Origin: Zootoca vivipara
Taxonomy: Eukaryota
DNA: 64,000 nucleotides
Direction of reading: 5' to 3'
NCBI RefSeq assembly: GCF_963506605.1
Contig: NC_083288.1
Coordinates: 32,922,001 to 32,986,000, forward strand
The first letter of the stretch is position 1. Each line of letters opens with the position of its first letter. Positions 36,201 to 48,700 of the stretch are shown here, piece by piece. Under the pieces are notes generated by a model. The model did not search any database and had not been told where the DNA came from. It saw only the letters and a program-made list of their open reading frames with translations. Made by a program: the position numbers and the translations under genes.

Positions 36201-39200
36201 TTCTCCATTTCAAGTGGACATGGATTGGGGTCGTTGTGGTTGACAATGACAATGGAGAAAGATTTGTACAAAATGTGCTCCCAATGTTTTCAGACAGAGG
36301 TATTTGTTTTGCCTTTGTGGAAACAATCCCCAAATTTAGTTTTCTCACTGAAGGACTCACCATGATGCAACAGGGGGCAAAAATACATGATAGAATGATG
36401 GGTTGCAAAGCCAATGTTGTGGTGGTCTATGGAGAAACTTCTACCACTGCATTTTTGAGAGGGCTTCCATATCTATCAATGCTTGGGAGTATGAAAACAA
36501 ATGTAAAAAGTAAAGTATGGCTATTTACAGCCCAATTTGAGTTCTATTCATTGGCTTTTCAACGGGATTGGGATGCAGAAATATTCAATGGTGGCATATC
36601 CTTCAGAATTCACTCCAATAATCTACCTGGATTTCAACAATATGTTGAGAACAGGAACCCTTTCAATGCAGAAGGTGATGATTTCATCTGGGATTTCTGG
36701 CAACAAGCCTTTGGCTGTGTATTTCCACATCACATTCTGGGTGATGCCAAGGGGGATATCTGCACTGGGAAAGAGAGAATGGAGAACCTCCCTGCATCTC
36801 TCTTTGAAATGACTGTGCAAGGTCTAAGCTACAGCATCTACAATGCTGTCCATGCTGTTGCCCATGCATTGCATGCCATGTTCTTAAAAAGACTTGGATA
36901 CCCAGGAATGGTGGATGGAAGGAGAGAGAAACTTCAGAAGCAGCAGATATGGCAGGTAAGGGTAAGAAATCATTAGGTTGCATCTGACTACAGCGGTACC
37001 TCGGTCTACAAACTGACTTCATTCCTGAAGTCCATTCTTAAACCAAAGCGTTCTTAAACCGAGGTACGCTTTGCCTACTGAGGCCTCCTGCCACTGGTGC
37101 CCTTCCACCATTTGGCTTCTCTTTATCTTCCGAGGCAAAGTTTGCTAGCTGGAACACTTACTTCCCGTTTTGGGAAGTTCGTTGGCCAAATAGTTTGTTA
37201 ACAGGACTGTTCATAGAGTGAGGTACCACTGTATATAGTGGGTGTTGAAGTTCCCTAACAAATATTTCCTCCTCCCTTCCTTCCCTGGTGATCTGTGTAG
37301 CATCCCTGCCCACATTCTTGCAAGCAGGAATCTTCCTTCAATCTTTTACTTCAAATCTGTTCAGGTATGCTGATGGTCCAGTACACTCTCCTCCCTTTAT
37401 TCCACATACCTACACTCTCCATGCACAGAAGCACAGAAAGACATTTATTTACTCATAGATTATTTACCTGTTCACACACCCATTCATTTCTTTTCTCACT
37501 ATCACCCCAATTCACAGTTATTATCTCATTCATTGGATACAATTTGAGGCTCTTTTCAAGAAAAAAATGGGATTTGCAGAACTGTTGGTGGCTTTGGGGG
37601 GAACGTTGAGAAGAATTAACACTTCTCTCTCTACCTAAAACAGGGTTGGCTCTAGGCCGGGGTCCGGTGGCGCGGGGCGCCAGACAGCTTATCGTCGGTA
37701 CCCGCCTCCCGCCACCGCCTAAAAAGAAGAGCAGAGGCCGCTGCCGTGTCTTCTCGTTCCGGCCCGGCGCCCGGATAGGAGAGCCTCCCTGCTCAGATTT
37801 CTTGGCAGGTGGGCCGAGGAGGGCGTCACAGCAACAGAGGCCAGTGACCGGAGCCTTGGGGCCAAGGGGGGCAGCGCCCTCGCAGGGCGCGGGAGCTCCC
37901 TCCCTCCCTCCCTCCTCCTCCTCCTCCTCCCTCTTCCCTGGGCCACTCGCTGGCTCGTTCGCTGGCCTGGCAGTAGGAACTTGTAGCAAGTCCTGCCGCC
38001 ACTTCTTAGCTAGGAAGAGGCTGCTGGTATGGCTTTTGCTGCCGCAGCAATGGACTACAGCGTAGGAGTAAGGCGGCCGCGGCCGGCGGTGAGCGCCCTC
38101 GGGCGCCTGCCTTGAGCACGCCACTCTCCCTGGGCCCGGTGCGATCCGGAGGGAGGAACGAGCGAGTGGCAGCCCGCAACACAGCCACCGCGTCTCTGAG
38201 GACATGAGGGCAAGAGCCCGCGCCCAGGCTGGTGGGTTCGGGTGCCAAAGAAAAAGAACCTCGCCAGAGACAGAAGCGACCTCCCTCAGAAGGTGAAAGG
38301 CAGGGGGCTGATTGGGGGCTGTGGGATAAACTGAAACCCCCCAACCGCGCTGCCACCCTGGGCTCGAAGCACATGTTGCTGCTCCAGTCCCACCCACACA
38401 TCCCAAGAGACTACCAGTAAAATAAAATTTAAAAAAGAGTCGCTGGGGATGGGGGCGCTTGGAAATGCGTGGAACCTCTTAGTTCGGCAATCAAGCTAAA
38501 GGAAATGTGCGCGTGCGCACAAAAATAGTAAAGCGCTGCCTTCCCGGCAAGAAGCAGCCACCCCTCCGCCCTCAAAGGCAGCCCTCTGACACAAACGCCA
38601 GGCCGGCCAGTTCCTTTCAGGAGGACGTAGCGGGTGGTTGAGCGGGTCAGGGCTTCGGGGCTGCTGGGCAGGCCGCGAAGGCATCCTCCGGGTGCAGAGG
38701 GTGGAGGGACCCTGAGGGATCCCTGCACCACGGCACCACTGAAGCTTAAGACGGCCCTGACCTAAAACCTATCTTTGCTGAACATCCACAATTTTTGGCT
38801 GAAGCCACACCTCAGCTCCTTATTAACACCAATAGGATTACAAAATACACACTTCTAAGCCTTCATGCAATGCTTATAGGGACATTGCAGGCCATCGATG
38901 AGCCCCAAATAGGCTACATGCATGATGCAGGCAGCAGAACTCCCCTCTCCGCCCTAAATCTCTTCTCTAATGCTTCTAATGCTTCTAAATGCTTGCCTTC
39001 CCTTTTTTTTTCAATCTAGCTCCATCATTTTCTGAGAGGTGTCTCATTTAACAATAGTGCTGGAGACACAGTGTCCTTCAATCAGAACGGGGAGGTAATA
39101 TCTAGCCTGGACATTATCAATTGGATTATTTCCTCCAACCAGTCCTTTCATAGGGTAAAAGTTGGGAGGATGGATCCTGAGGCTCCTCCAGACCAAGCCT

Positions 39201-41296
39201 TCACCCTTCATGAAGATGCCATAACATGGCCCAGATGGTTTAACCAGGTAGAGTCATGTTGTGAGCTAATTCAAAAGAAATTCATTCTTAAATGTGCAAT
39301 GATTATTTGCCTTGATGTCTAAGATAAATTACACTGTAATGTTGTGTGATCTCTAAAACTATCTATGATATCTGCTATGTATTCCTTGTCTTAACACAGA
39401 CAAGAATGCACTCTATGCAAAACTGAACCTGACTTTTCCAAACTGATTGTTCTAATGAATATCATGCTTATGCTTCATTTACTGATTAGGCTCAGCCTCT
39501 TTCTGTCTGTACTGAGAATTGTCACGCAGGATCAAGGAAGAAAGTGAAGGAGGGAGAACCGTTTTGCTGCTATGATTGCATCCCATGCCCAGAGGGAAAG
39601 ATTTCAATCGAGGAAGGTAAGAGATATTTACTTTTATTCCTTCAACAGGAATGGGACAAATGAAACCATGACTAACTTGTCTACTTGCTTTCAAAGGGAC
39701 CAAGCACTCCTCAAATAACTTCCATAGAATCCCTTCGTGGTACTTTCATCCTGATTTTTGTGCACAATGTTTACATGGAGTTTGTTCAATTAAAAGCTGA
39801 ATGTGCTAGACAAAAGCAGCTGTTTATTGTGTACTCTTTCTGCTTAGTTTGTGTGAATGTTAGAAAACTTTGCAACAAGCAAATGTAATCTCAAACTTTC
39901 CAGTGTACTCCCCAATCACTTTCCTTATTGTAAAAAGACAGTGCTTTTTGAGGTGGGAGCTTCTTGGACAAGAGCTCCAAATCCACTTTAATGGCAGAAC
40001 TTGAATTTGCATATATGTGATTTAATGCCACACCCAAATATTGGCACTCTGGATGCTCCATATATATTCAGTAACCATAAATATTCAGTCAGGACTTTAT
40101 CCTCTCCCTTGAGATCTCTCCCACTTGACCATCATTCAGGACACGGTTTATTTTTATTTTTATTTGCCTTCATGAGCACCCCTCATATTTGGAATTCAAC
40201 ATACTATATAATGGATGATATTAGAGCACAATTAGGCCTACCCCAATTGCATAGGATCACAAAGCACAGGATGTATGTTCTGACTTGAAAAGATCCTTAT
40301 ATTCTGAGTGAGCAAAAAGAAAGAAAAAAAGAAGGATGTTGATGTGATTGATGGAATGTGTATGAGCTGGGGACTGTGTCTTTCTTTTTTCCAGATATGA
40401 ATGACTGTGATAAATGCTCAGACAAAGACTATCCAAGCAAGAACCAAGATGCATGTATTCCCAAGGATATAAGCTTCTTGTCTCATGAAGAACCTTTGGG
40501 CATCAGTTTAGTCTGCTTTTCGCTTTCATTTTCTCTGATCACAGCTCTGGTGCTGGGTACATTTATGAAGCACCATGACACTCCCATAGTCATTGCAAAC
40601 AACAGGAACCTCACCTACACTCTCCTCATTTCTCTCTTACTTTGCTTCCTTTGTGCACTGCTCTTCATTGGCCAACCTGAGAAGGTGACCTGTCTCCTGC
40701 GACAACCTGCTTTTGGCATCATCTTCTCAGTGGCTGTTTCTTGTGTATTGGCAAAAACCATCACTGTAGTTCTGGCTTTCATGGCCACCAAACCTGGATC
40801 CAGGATGAGGAGATGGGTAGGGAAGGGACTGGCCAACACCATTGTCCTTTCCTGCTCCTTTGTCCAGGCAGGGATCTGTACGGTGTGGCTGGCAACCTCT
40901 CCCCCATTTCCTGATACAGACAGTTACTCAGTAGCTAAAGAAATTATACTAGAATGCAATGAGGGGTCTGTGGTGATGTTTTACTGTGTTCTGAGCTATA
41001 TGGGCTTCCTGGCAATTATTAGTTTCATTGTCGCTTTCCTTGCCAGGAAATTACCTGACAGCTTCAATGAAGCCAAGTTCATCAGTTTCAGCATGCTGGT
41101 CTTTTGCAGTGTTTGGCTCTCCTTTATTCCATCCTACCTGAGCACCAAGGGAAAATACATGGTTGCTGTGGAGATCTTCTCCATCTTAGCCTCTGGTGCT
41201 GGACTGCTGGGTTGCATCTTTTCCCCCAAATGTTATATTATTGTGTTCAGGCCTCATCTGAACAACAGGGAGCAGCTAATAAGGAAGAAAAACTAA
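33246..41296 (+). CDS. V2R copy 4; six exons, ~876 aa (alternative starts 33213, 33255)
   Basis: Exons 33246-33466, 33749-34040, 36095-36955, 39020-39247, 39490-39616, 40395-41296; GT-AG, frame intact. Confidence 0.95.
34639..35934 (+). mobile_element. 5'-truncated non-LTR retrotransposon with C-terminal CCHC finger (clade uncertain, RTE-X/I-like)
   Basis: [26 protein letters not shown]; AATAAA then ttgaa tail; perfect 15-bp TSD tgactcaggaagtac (34624-34638, 35935-35949); empty site at 26668. Confidence 0.85.
35091..35529 (-). mobile_element. Poly(A)-tailed retroposed fragment (L1 3' UTR-like) nested in the above LINE
   Basis: T16 then TTTATT on the plus strand; flanked by a ~140-bp duplication of host LINE sequence. 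Confidence 0.6.
36991..37231. mobile_element. Tigger/pogo-like MITE
   Basis: TA|cagcggtacctc...gaggtaccactg|TA. Confidence 0.85.
37641..38759. mobile_element. 1119-bp CpG-rich non-autonomous hAT-type element
   Basis: CAGGG...CCCTG termini, perfect 8-bp TSD acctaaaa (37633-37640, 38760-38767); single-copy empty site in copy 3 at ~28749. Confidence 0.88.
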
Positions 41297-41364
41297 GGAA
41301 GGAAGGAAGGAAGGAAGGAAGGAAGGAAGGAAGGAAGGAAGGAAGGAAGGAAGGAAGGAAGGAA
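41297..41364 (+). repeat. (GGAA)n directly after the copy 4 stop codon
   Basis: Direct reading. Confidence 0.95.
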
Positions 41365-41719
41365 TCAGTCCTATGCCAATATTGAATCCAATCTACAAAA
41401 CCACAGAGGGCCCTTTCTTGAAAAAAACAACACTTGCAATTTTGCAAATTGAAAATCTATATGGAAGCTACTGATTGCTTCCCACTCCATACTCTCTTCT
41501 TTTATCTACAAGAAATAAACCCACTTTTTCAAAATATGATAAAAACAGCAATTTTAACAACCATTAACTTCTATATGTCCCCCAAATACAAGTGTCCATT
41601 CATTTCCATACTATTGTTTTTCTTCTTGTTGTGTGTTATTGAAGTATATGTTCTTTTTTAAATAAACACATTTTTAAATAAAAAAATGCAATACCACAGA
41701 ACAGGAAGTGAATATTATT

Positions 41720-42630
41720 TTAGTGACATTGCTTCTCATTTGTCTCCATCTCCATTCCTACATCCTTCACTAAAGAAGTTCCACCAGCAGAGCTTGTATG
41801 AGAACTTTCTTTTTACTTCTATTTATTATGTTGCTGGACTGCTCAGTCCTAGAACAGCAGCCTAAGAACACCTAACTCCCCTCAAATTAAATAACTTCCA
41901 TCTTTGTCTGAAAATGCATAGGATTGTGGCGTTAAGGCAATTTTTAAAATACTGAAGAAAAAACCAATGCTCCAAAGGAGAAAGAATAACTTCATTGGGA
42001 AGTGTAGGGGGTGTTGGGACGCAGGTGGTGCTGTTGGTTAAACCACAGAGCCTAGGGCTTGCCAATCAGAAGGTAAGTGATTGGAATCCCCACGACAGGG
42101 TGAGCTCCCGTTGCTCGGTCCCAGCTCCTGTCAACCTAGCAGTTCGAAAGCACAAAGTGCAAGTAGATACATAGGTACCACTCCAAGCGGGAAGGTAAAT
42201 GGCGTTTCCGTGTGTTGCTCTAGTTCACCAGAATGGCTTAGTCATGCTGGCCACATGACATGGAATCTGTACGCCGGCTCCCTCGACCAATAAAGTGACA
42301 TGAGCGCCGCAACCCCAGAGTCATCCGTGACTGGACCTAATGGTCAGGAGTCCCTTTACCTTTAACTTTGTGGGGTGTTAGGGGAGAAGAACTATCTCTG
42401 GTCAGGGACACATTGTGCACCTTCTGGCATACTTTGACTGCCTTTGGTCCCTACCGTGGACTCAGCTATCACCAATGGCTTCTAGAACCTGTCAGCATGT
42501 GAGAGCAGCCACACCCCGGGACTGGCTTGGACTGGCTGGGTAAACAAAGTGAGGGGGGCGAATGGGCCTCAAAGTCTTTGGAGTTAGGGACTTCCCCTGC
42601 ATGTGAATAATCGCTCCTGTGGACTGATGT
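41720..42630 (+). pseudogene. Orphan V2R exon-1/intron-1 relic
   Basis: Paralog of the 32180 relic with a short deletion and mutated donor (cttgt|atgaga); continues through an intron-1-type repeat and carries a Sauria SINE. Confidence 0.8.
42016..42369 (+). mobile_element. Sauria SINE
   Basis: gggacgcaggtggtgctg head, ccctttacctttaacttt tail, TSD ggggtgtt. Confidence 0.88.
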
Positions 42631-42774
42631 GGCTTACATGTTGAAATTTGTAAAACTGCTGAGTTAAGAAGTACAGAATTAAATAGAGCTTTCTCTCAAA
42701 CAACTACTACATTTATAGAATAGAGGTCCTGCCTCATGACTGATCAGAGATGTGAACTGGGGTTTCCATTGCCT

Positions 42775-43070
42775 GATTCCAAGATGCTACATACATCATT
42801 TTGCATTTTGGCTACAGGAGCAGCTAGGATGAATTCCTAATATCACCATTTCTCTCTCCACCACTGTTCCCATAAAATCTAACGAAGGGGAATTTAAAAT
42901 GAGAGTTGTAAATATTCTCCAGCAATCCTACAGGGAACCCAGCATTTTGTCTTTCTAATTACCTTACCTATAGATCAAAAGGTCTGTAATTAATTCTGCT
43001 GCTACTCAAATCCCTGGTGCAGTTTCAGTGGCCACTGGAAAAATTCAAAGCAATGATCTTATAAATATAG
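42775..43070 (+). promoter_or_regulatory. Conserved upstream block, copy 5
   Basis: Same motifs; TATAAATA at 43060. Confidence 0.5.
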
Positions 43071-43209
43071 CCATGATTATGATCCTCAATATTCAAGATT
43101 TCTGTCTCTCATGAAACTATACTACCTTTCAGGTTGGACAGTTTTAATGTCATGATAGTGCTGTAGAAAAGATTAAATGAATCTGTGGATAGATAAAAAA
43201 TGTGCCCTT

Positions 43210-45694
43210 ATGTGCAAGATGGTGGTTTTCTTGCTGCTGGCACTATTTACTGCAAAGGTTCGTCAGGTCTGCATAGCAAATTGCAAGGTTCTGTATATAC
43301 ACCAGCCACTTCATAAGTACCATCAATCAGGAGATTTTATCATTGGTGTCATTGCTTCTCATGGTGGCTTCGTCTCCAATCCAGGAACCTTCACTGAAGA
43401 ATTTCCACCGGAATTATCTGAAGAGCTGCTGTAAGAACTTTTTGATTTTAATTTTTGGAGTGATGAGTCCTAGAATACCTCAGAACAGCTGTTGGGGTTG
43501 CAAACCTATAAACTCTTGTTTGGGAATAACTTCCTTCATCTCAAATTAGATCCATCTCTGACGGAAAATGCATAGCATTTTGGAATTGAGGCAATGTAAA
43601 AAGAATAGTTCAGGAAATAAGAATTCTTCCACAGAAGAATGAATAACTTCATGGGGAGGTCAATGGGATGTTAGGGGAAGGGTAGTACCTCTGGTTGAGG
43701 ATATATTGTGCTCTTTCTGGGGTAGTTTGTCCACCTTTGGTCCCCACCCAGCACTCATCTCTCACCAGTGTCTGCAGAAGCTATCACCATGTGAGAGCAG
43801 TCACACTCTAGGGATGGCTTAGCCTGGTCAACACCTGCAGCTAAGCTAGTGTCAAACATAATCTCCTGATTTTCCTTCAACCACACCATTCTACCATGTT
43901 TCAATAATGCCTACCTTGAGATACACTTGAGTTATTGAAGCATGGAAGTAGCAACTATGGCAACTTTTCTTTCTATATATTAATATTGCGAATAGCATTT
44001 TATCAAGAAGACCAACCCAGTTAAATATATTTTCAAAATGCTTGGTGGTAAAAACTGTACTGTTGTAAATAATGTACTGTATTGAATGTATAGTTGTGTG
44101 TTTGAAATACCTCCTTTATTCTGTTCATTTCAGCAAAGTTTCTTTAGAAAGGAGTCTCACTGAGAAGGTATAGCATACGGTGTGTTCTGAAGTTGGCATT
44201 GTGTAGTTCTTTTCTTTCTTAAGCTAAAGATTGCCACAGAAGAGATAGAAGCTAAATGTGATTATTGTAAATAGATTCAGAGCATCGTTGTCATTCAGCA
44301 GAAGGCGGAGTAGAAAGACAACCCCACTGTGGTAGTGGGTATTTTTTTTGGGGGGGGCAGTTTATTCCAAGGAAACAATGCATAGGATTTCAGCCTTACA
44401 ATTCTGTACCGCATCTATGTAAAAGGGAGGAAAAACTCAACCAACTCCTGGAGATCAACAAACTCAGTGGGAGCTTCTGTGTGGGTATCTTTTGAATGGC
44501 CTACATATTTATTGGAATAGCATTTATATTTTTAATTGTTTTATTACATATGTGTTTCCTCTGCTGAGTTCAATTTGGGAAGGAGGGTGGGATATAAATT
44601 TCATTAATTAATAAATATTGTTGGAACTGTGGAATATTTTCTGATCAAGAATGCAATTGTTGTTCCAGCGTGGTGCCTAAGGGTTACCAGCAAATATTGA
44701 CCTTGGCATTTGCAATCAAGGAGATCAATGAAAACCCTCACATCTTACCAAACATCACCTTAGGCTTACGCATCTATGACAGCTATGCTGATGCAAGGAA
44801 AACATATCATGCCACAATGCTACTTTTATCTACACTGGAGAAATTTCTCCCCAACTATATATGTGATACACAGAATAATCTGACAGCTGTCATTGGGGGT
44901 CTTGACGCCCAGATCTCCCTTCATGTGGCAACAATCTTGGATATTTATAAGATTCCACAGGTAGGACACCTATGCCTGTGTCTGAGTGGACTATGAAAAT
45001 TCAAAAATGCAGTCATACTTTTTCTTTATATCTTCCAGCTTGTATTATGCTATTTAGAAACAAAAATGGTTTCATTGGGAATAATCAGATCAAATATTAT
45101 TTTTCTTTCTTTCCTTTACATGTTTTATCCACACTGTTCATTAACAGCTGAAAAACAAAGACACGTATAACTGGAACATGATTTTCCTAGATTAGAACTG
45201 AGTTTGAGCACTACATTTGTGTGGGAGGCCTTGAATTTAAAGATTTATAGCATCCTCTGCTGAATCACAAACCCTGTAATGACCTGCTTCTGAGTGGTAA
45301 TATGGAAATTCAATAATGCAATCATAAAGGTAAAGGTAAAGGGACCCCTGACTGTTAGGTCCAATCACGAACGACTCTGGTGTTGCGTTCTCATCTCGCT
45401 CTATAGGCTGAGGGAGCCGGTGTTTGTCCACAGACAGCTTCCGCGTCATGCGGCCAGAATGACTAAGCAGCTTCTGGCGAACCAGAGCAGCACACGGAAA
45501 CACCATTTACTTTCCCGCCAGAGTGGTACCTATTTATCTACTTGCACTTTAACGTGCTTTTGAATTGCTAGGTTGGCAGGACCTGGGACCAAGCAACGGG
45601 AGCTCACCCCGTCATGGGGATTCCAACTGCTGACCTTCTGATTGGCAAGCCCTAGTCTCTGTGGTCATACTTTTTCTTTATTTCTTCCAGCTTG

Positions 45695-45754
<60 letters not shown>

Positions 45755-48700
45755 TTATTATTTATACCCCGCCCATCTGGCCGGGTTCCCCCAGCAACTC
45801 TGGGCGGCTTCCAACAAAATACTAAAATACAGAAATCCATCAAACATTAAAAGCTTCCCTAAACAGCACGTATTATGGTGTTTAGAAACATAAAGGGGAC
45901 CATTGAGAATAATCAGATCAATTATTCTTTTTCTTTCTTTCCTTTACATGTTTTATGCACACTGAGAGTAGTTCATTAACAACTGAAAAACAAAGATTAG
46001 ATTAGAAGATTAGATTTTCATAGATTAGAATTGCATTTGAGCACTAAAGTTGTGTGGGAGGCCATGAATTTGAAAATTAATAGCATCCTCTACTGTCAGA
46101 AATGAGCCAGCTCCTAGTGGAACTTTAGACCCTGTGGCAGAACAGAGAGCCTCACATTTGACTCCTCCAAGCGTTGGAATGCCGGTTGCCAAAGGAACAA
46201 TGGAGAGTGGGCTGGAACACAGCCAAAGCTCTCAGGAAGTTCAAACAGGAGCAAATAGAGACAGGGGTAGTCTGTCAGAAAAGGAAGGGGCTGGAGCTAA
46301 TCAAATAAGTGCGAAGAATCAGCGAATGGGAGGGTGTTAGACAGGAAGCAAAACAAGAGACGGAAGGCTTGTATGTTCAATATCTTCTGAAGTAATAGGA
46401 AGGAGTCTTAAGAAGGGTCGTCTAGAGTAATGATGCCAGAGGCTTTTGGTTGGTTTGTTTTTGCAATAAATCCTCCTTTTTAATTATCTACACTTACTTT
46501 GTTATCAAGCTAAGAATCTGGACTACTGACATCTGCTGAATCACAACCCCTATTATGAACTGCCCATCTGTAGGCATAAACTGGAGACAAACTTTATAAA
46601 ACTGATCCTGATTTTCATTGAAGCAAAACCATGAAGTTTAAAAAATTAATTAAGATGTTTTTAACTTAGGGAGAATTAGATCCTATGCCAGTCAAGCAAT
46701 TAAAAAATACTGTGATTAGGTGATGCAGATTGAGATCCTTATGTGAATGGAAATAGTTTGTATATTCCATTGCCCTCCACTTCAGGATTCATCAGAATGG
46801 ATTCTGCTCGGTCTTCAATTTCATCATTAGTGACTCAGGTAGTACAGTAGAGAGATAAAATGTTTCCTGATGCTAAAGATGCACTAATTATATGGATGTT
46901 CAAATGCGCATGTCAACTACATTTCACCATGCATAACACTGTAATATAAATGGCAGGTGTTTTTTCTCTCTTCCCAACACACCTCTCTTTAGCTCATATA
47001 TGGCCCAGCTCCAGTGATGAATGATAAAATCCCAGGACTTCCTTTCTACCAAATGGCCCCCCAAGAAGGCCACCAGTTTGCAGGGATTCTTTCTTTGCTT
47101 CTGCATTTCAGGTGGACGTGGATTGGTGTTGCTGTGGTTGACAATGACAGTGGAGAAAGATTTGTACAAAATGTGCTCCCACTCTTTTCAAACAGAGGCA
47201 TTTGTTTTGCCTTTCTAGAAAGAATCCCCAGATTTAGTTTTCTCACTGATGGAATCACCCTGATGGAACAGGGGGCAAAAATACATGATAGAATGATGGG
47301 TAGCAAAGCCAATGTTGTGGTGGTCTATGGAGAAGCTTCTACCACTGTATTTTTGAGATGGCTTCCATATCTATCAATGCTTGGGAGGATGAAAACAAAT
47401 GTAAAAAGTAAAGTATGGATAGCGACAGCCCAAGTGGAGTTCATTTCATTGGCCTTTCAGCGGGATTGGGATACAGAAATGTTCAATGGTGTTATAACCT
47501 TCAGAATTCATTCCAATGATCTACCAGGATTTCATAAATACATTGAGGGCAGAAACCCTTTCAATGCAGAAGGTGATGATTTCATCTTGGATTTCTGGCA
47601 ACATGCCTTTGGCTGTGTATTCCCACATCACATTCTGGATGATGTGATGGGGGATATCTGCACAGGAATGGAGAATTTAGAGAACCTTCCTGCATCTCTC
47701 TTTGAAATGACTGTGCAAGGTCAAAGCTACAGCATCTACAATGCTGTCCACGCTGTTTCCCATGCATTGCATGCCATGTTCTTACAAAGACTCAGATACC
47801 CGAGAATGGTGGATGGAAGCAGAGAGAAGCTTCAGAAGCAGCAGTTTTGGCAGGTAAGGGGCAAGAAATCCTTAAGTTGCAAGAGGCTATATATTGGGTG
47901 TTTAACTTCACTAACTGCTAACATTTTTTTCTTCTTTTCTGTCTTCCCTGGCACCTGGAAATTATAGATGAACCCTTATGCAATGTACCATCCTGCTTTC
48001 CTCACAGTCTTAAAACATAATTTTGCAACTACTTTCCAGATATGTAACTGTGTTATTCTGTCACAGTATGGAAAACACAGACCCTTGATTTGAGAGTCTT
48101 TCAAATTTTGCACATGGTTCCTTGTTCTGTATGCAGAGTATATACTGTATACAGTGGTACCTCTGGTTACGAATGCTTCTGGTTACGAACACTTCAGGGT
48201 ACGAGCTCCACTAACCCAGAAGTAGCTGCTCCTGGTTGAAAACTTTGCCCCAGGATGCGAATGAAAATCATGCGCCAGAGGTTCCCCCGCAGCAGGAGGC
48301 CCCATTAGCGAAAGCTAATTGTTTACCTATTCATTTATTTTCTCAATATCAGCCCAATTACAAATACGATCTCATTCACTATTAGAAAGTCCCCCACTTG
48401 AAATACAATTTCATTGCCTACAACATGAGACTAAATTTGGCATACAGAACATTCGGTAGGAATGCCCTTTGGGAGGAAAGATTGAAAAGCATTAACACTT
48501 CCTTTTCTACCTGAAGCCTTCCATACCGAACACTGGAACTTTTCCGCTGAACTCTCACACACAACTACCATTAAAACCAAGAGGATTCCAAGACACACAC
48601 ACTTAAGCCTACATGCAGTGCTAATGCAGAGTGGAGTATAGGGAACACTGCAGGCCATATGTGAACCGCAAATAGGCTACATGTATGTTGCAGGCGAGGG

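Noticed and set aside
37453-38406. 317-aa minus-strand ORF
   Set aside because: Low-complexity product of GC-rich DNA; crosses the insertion boundary; no transposase or other motif.
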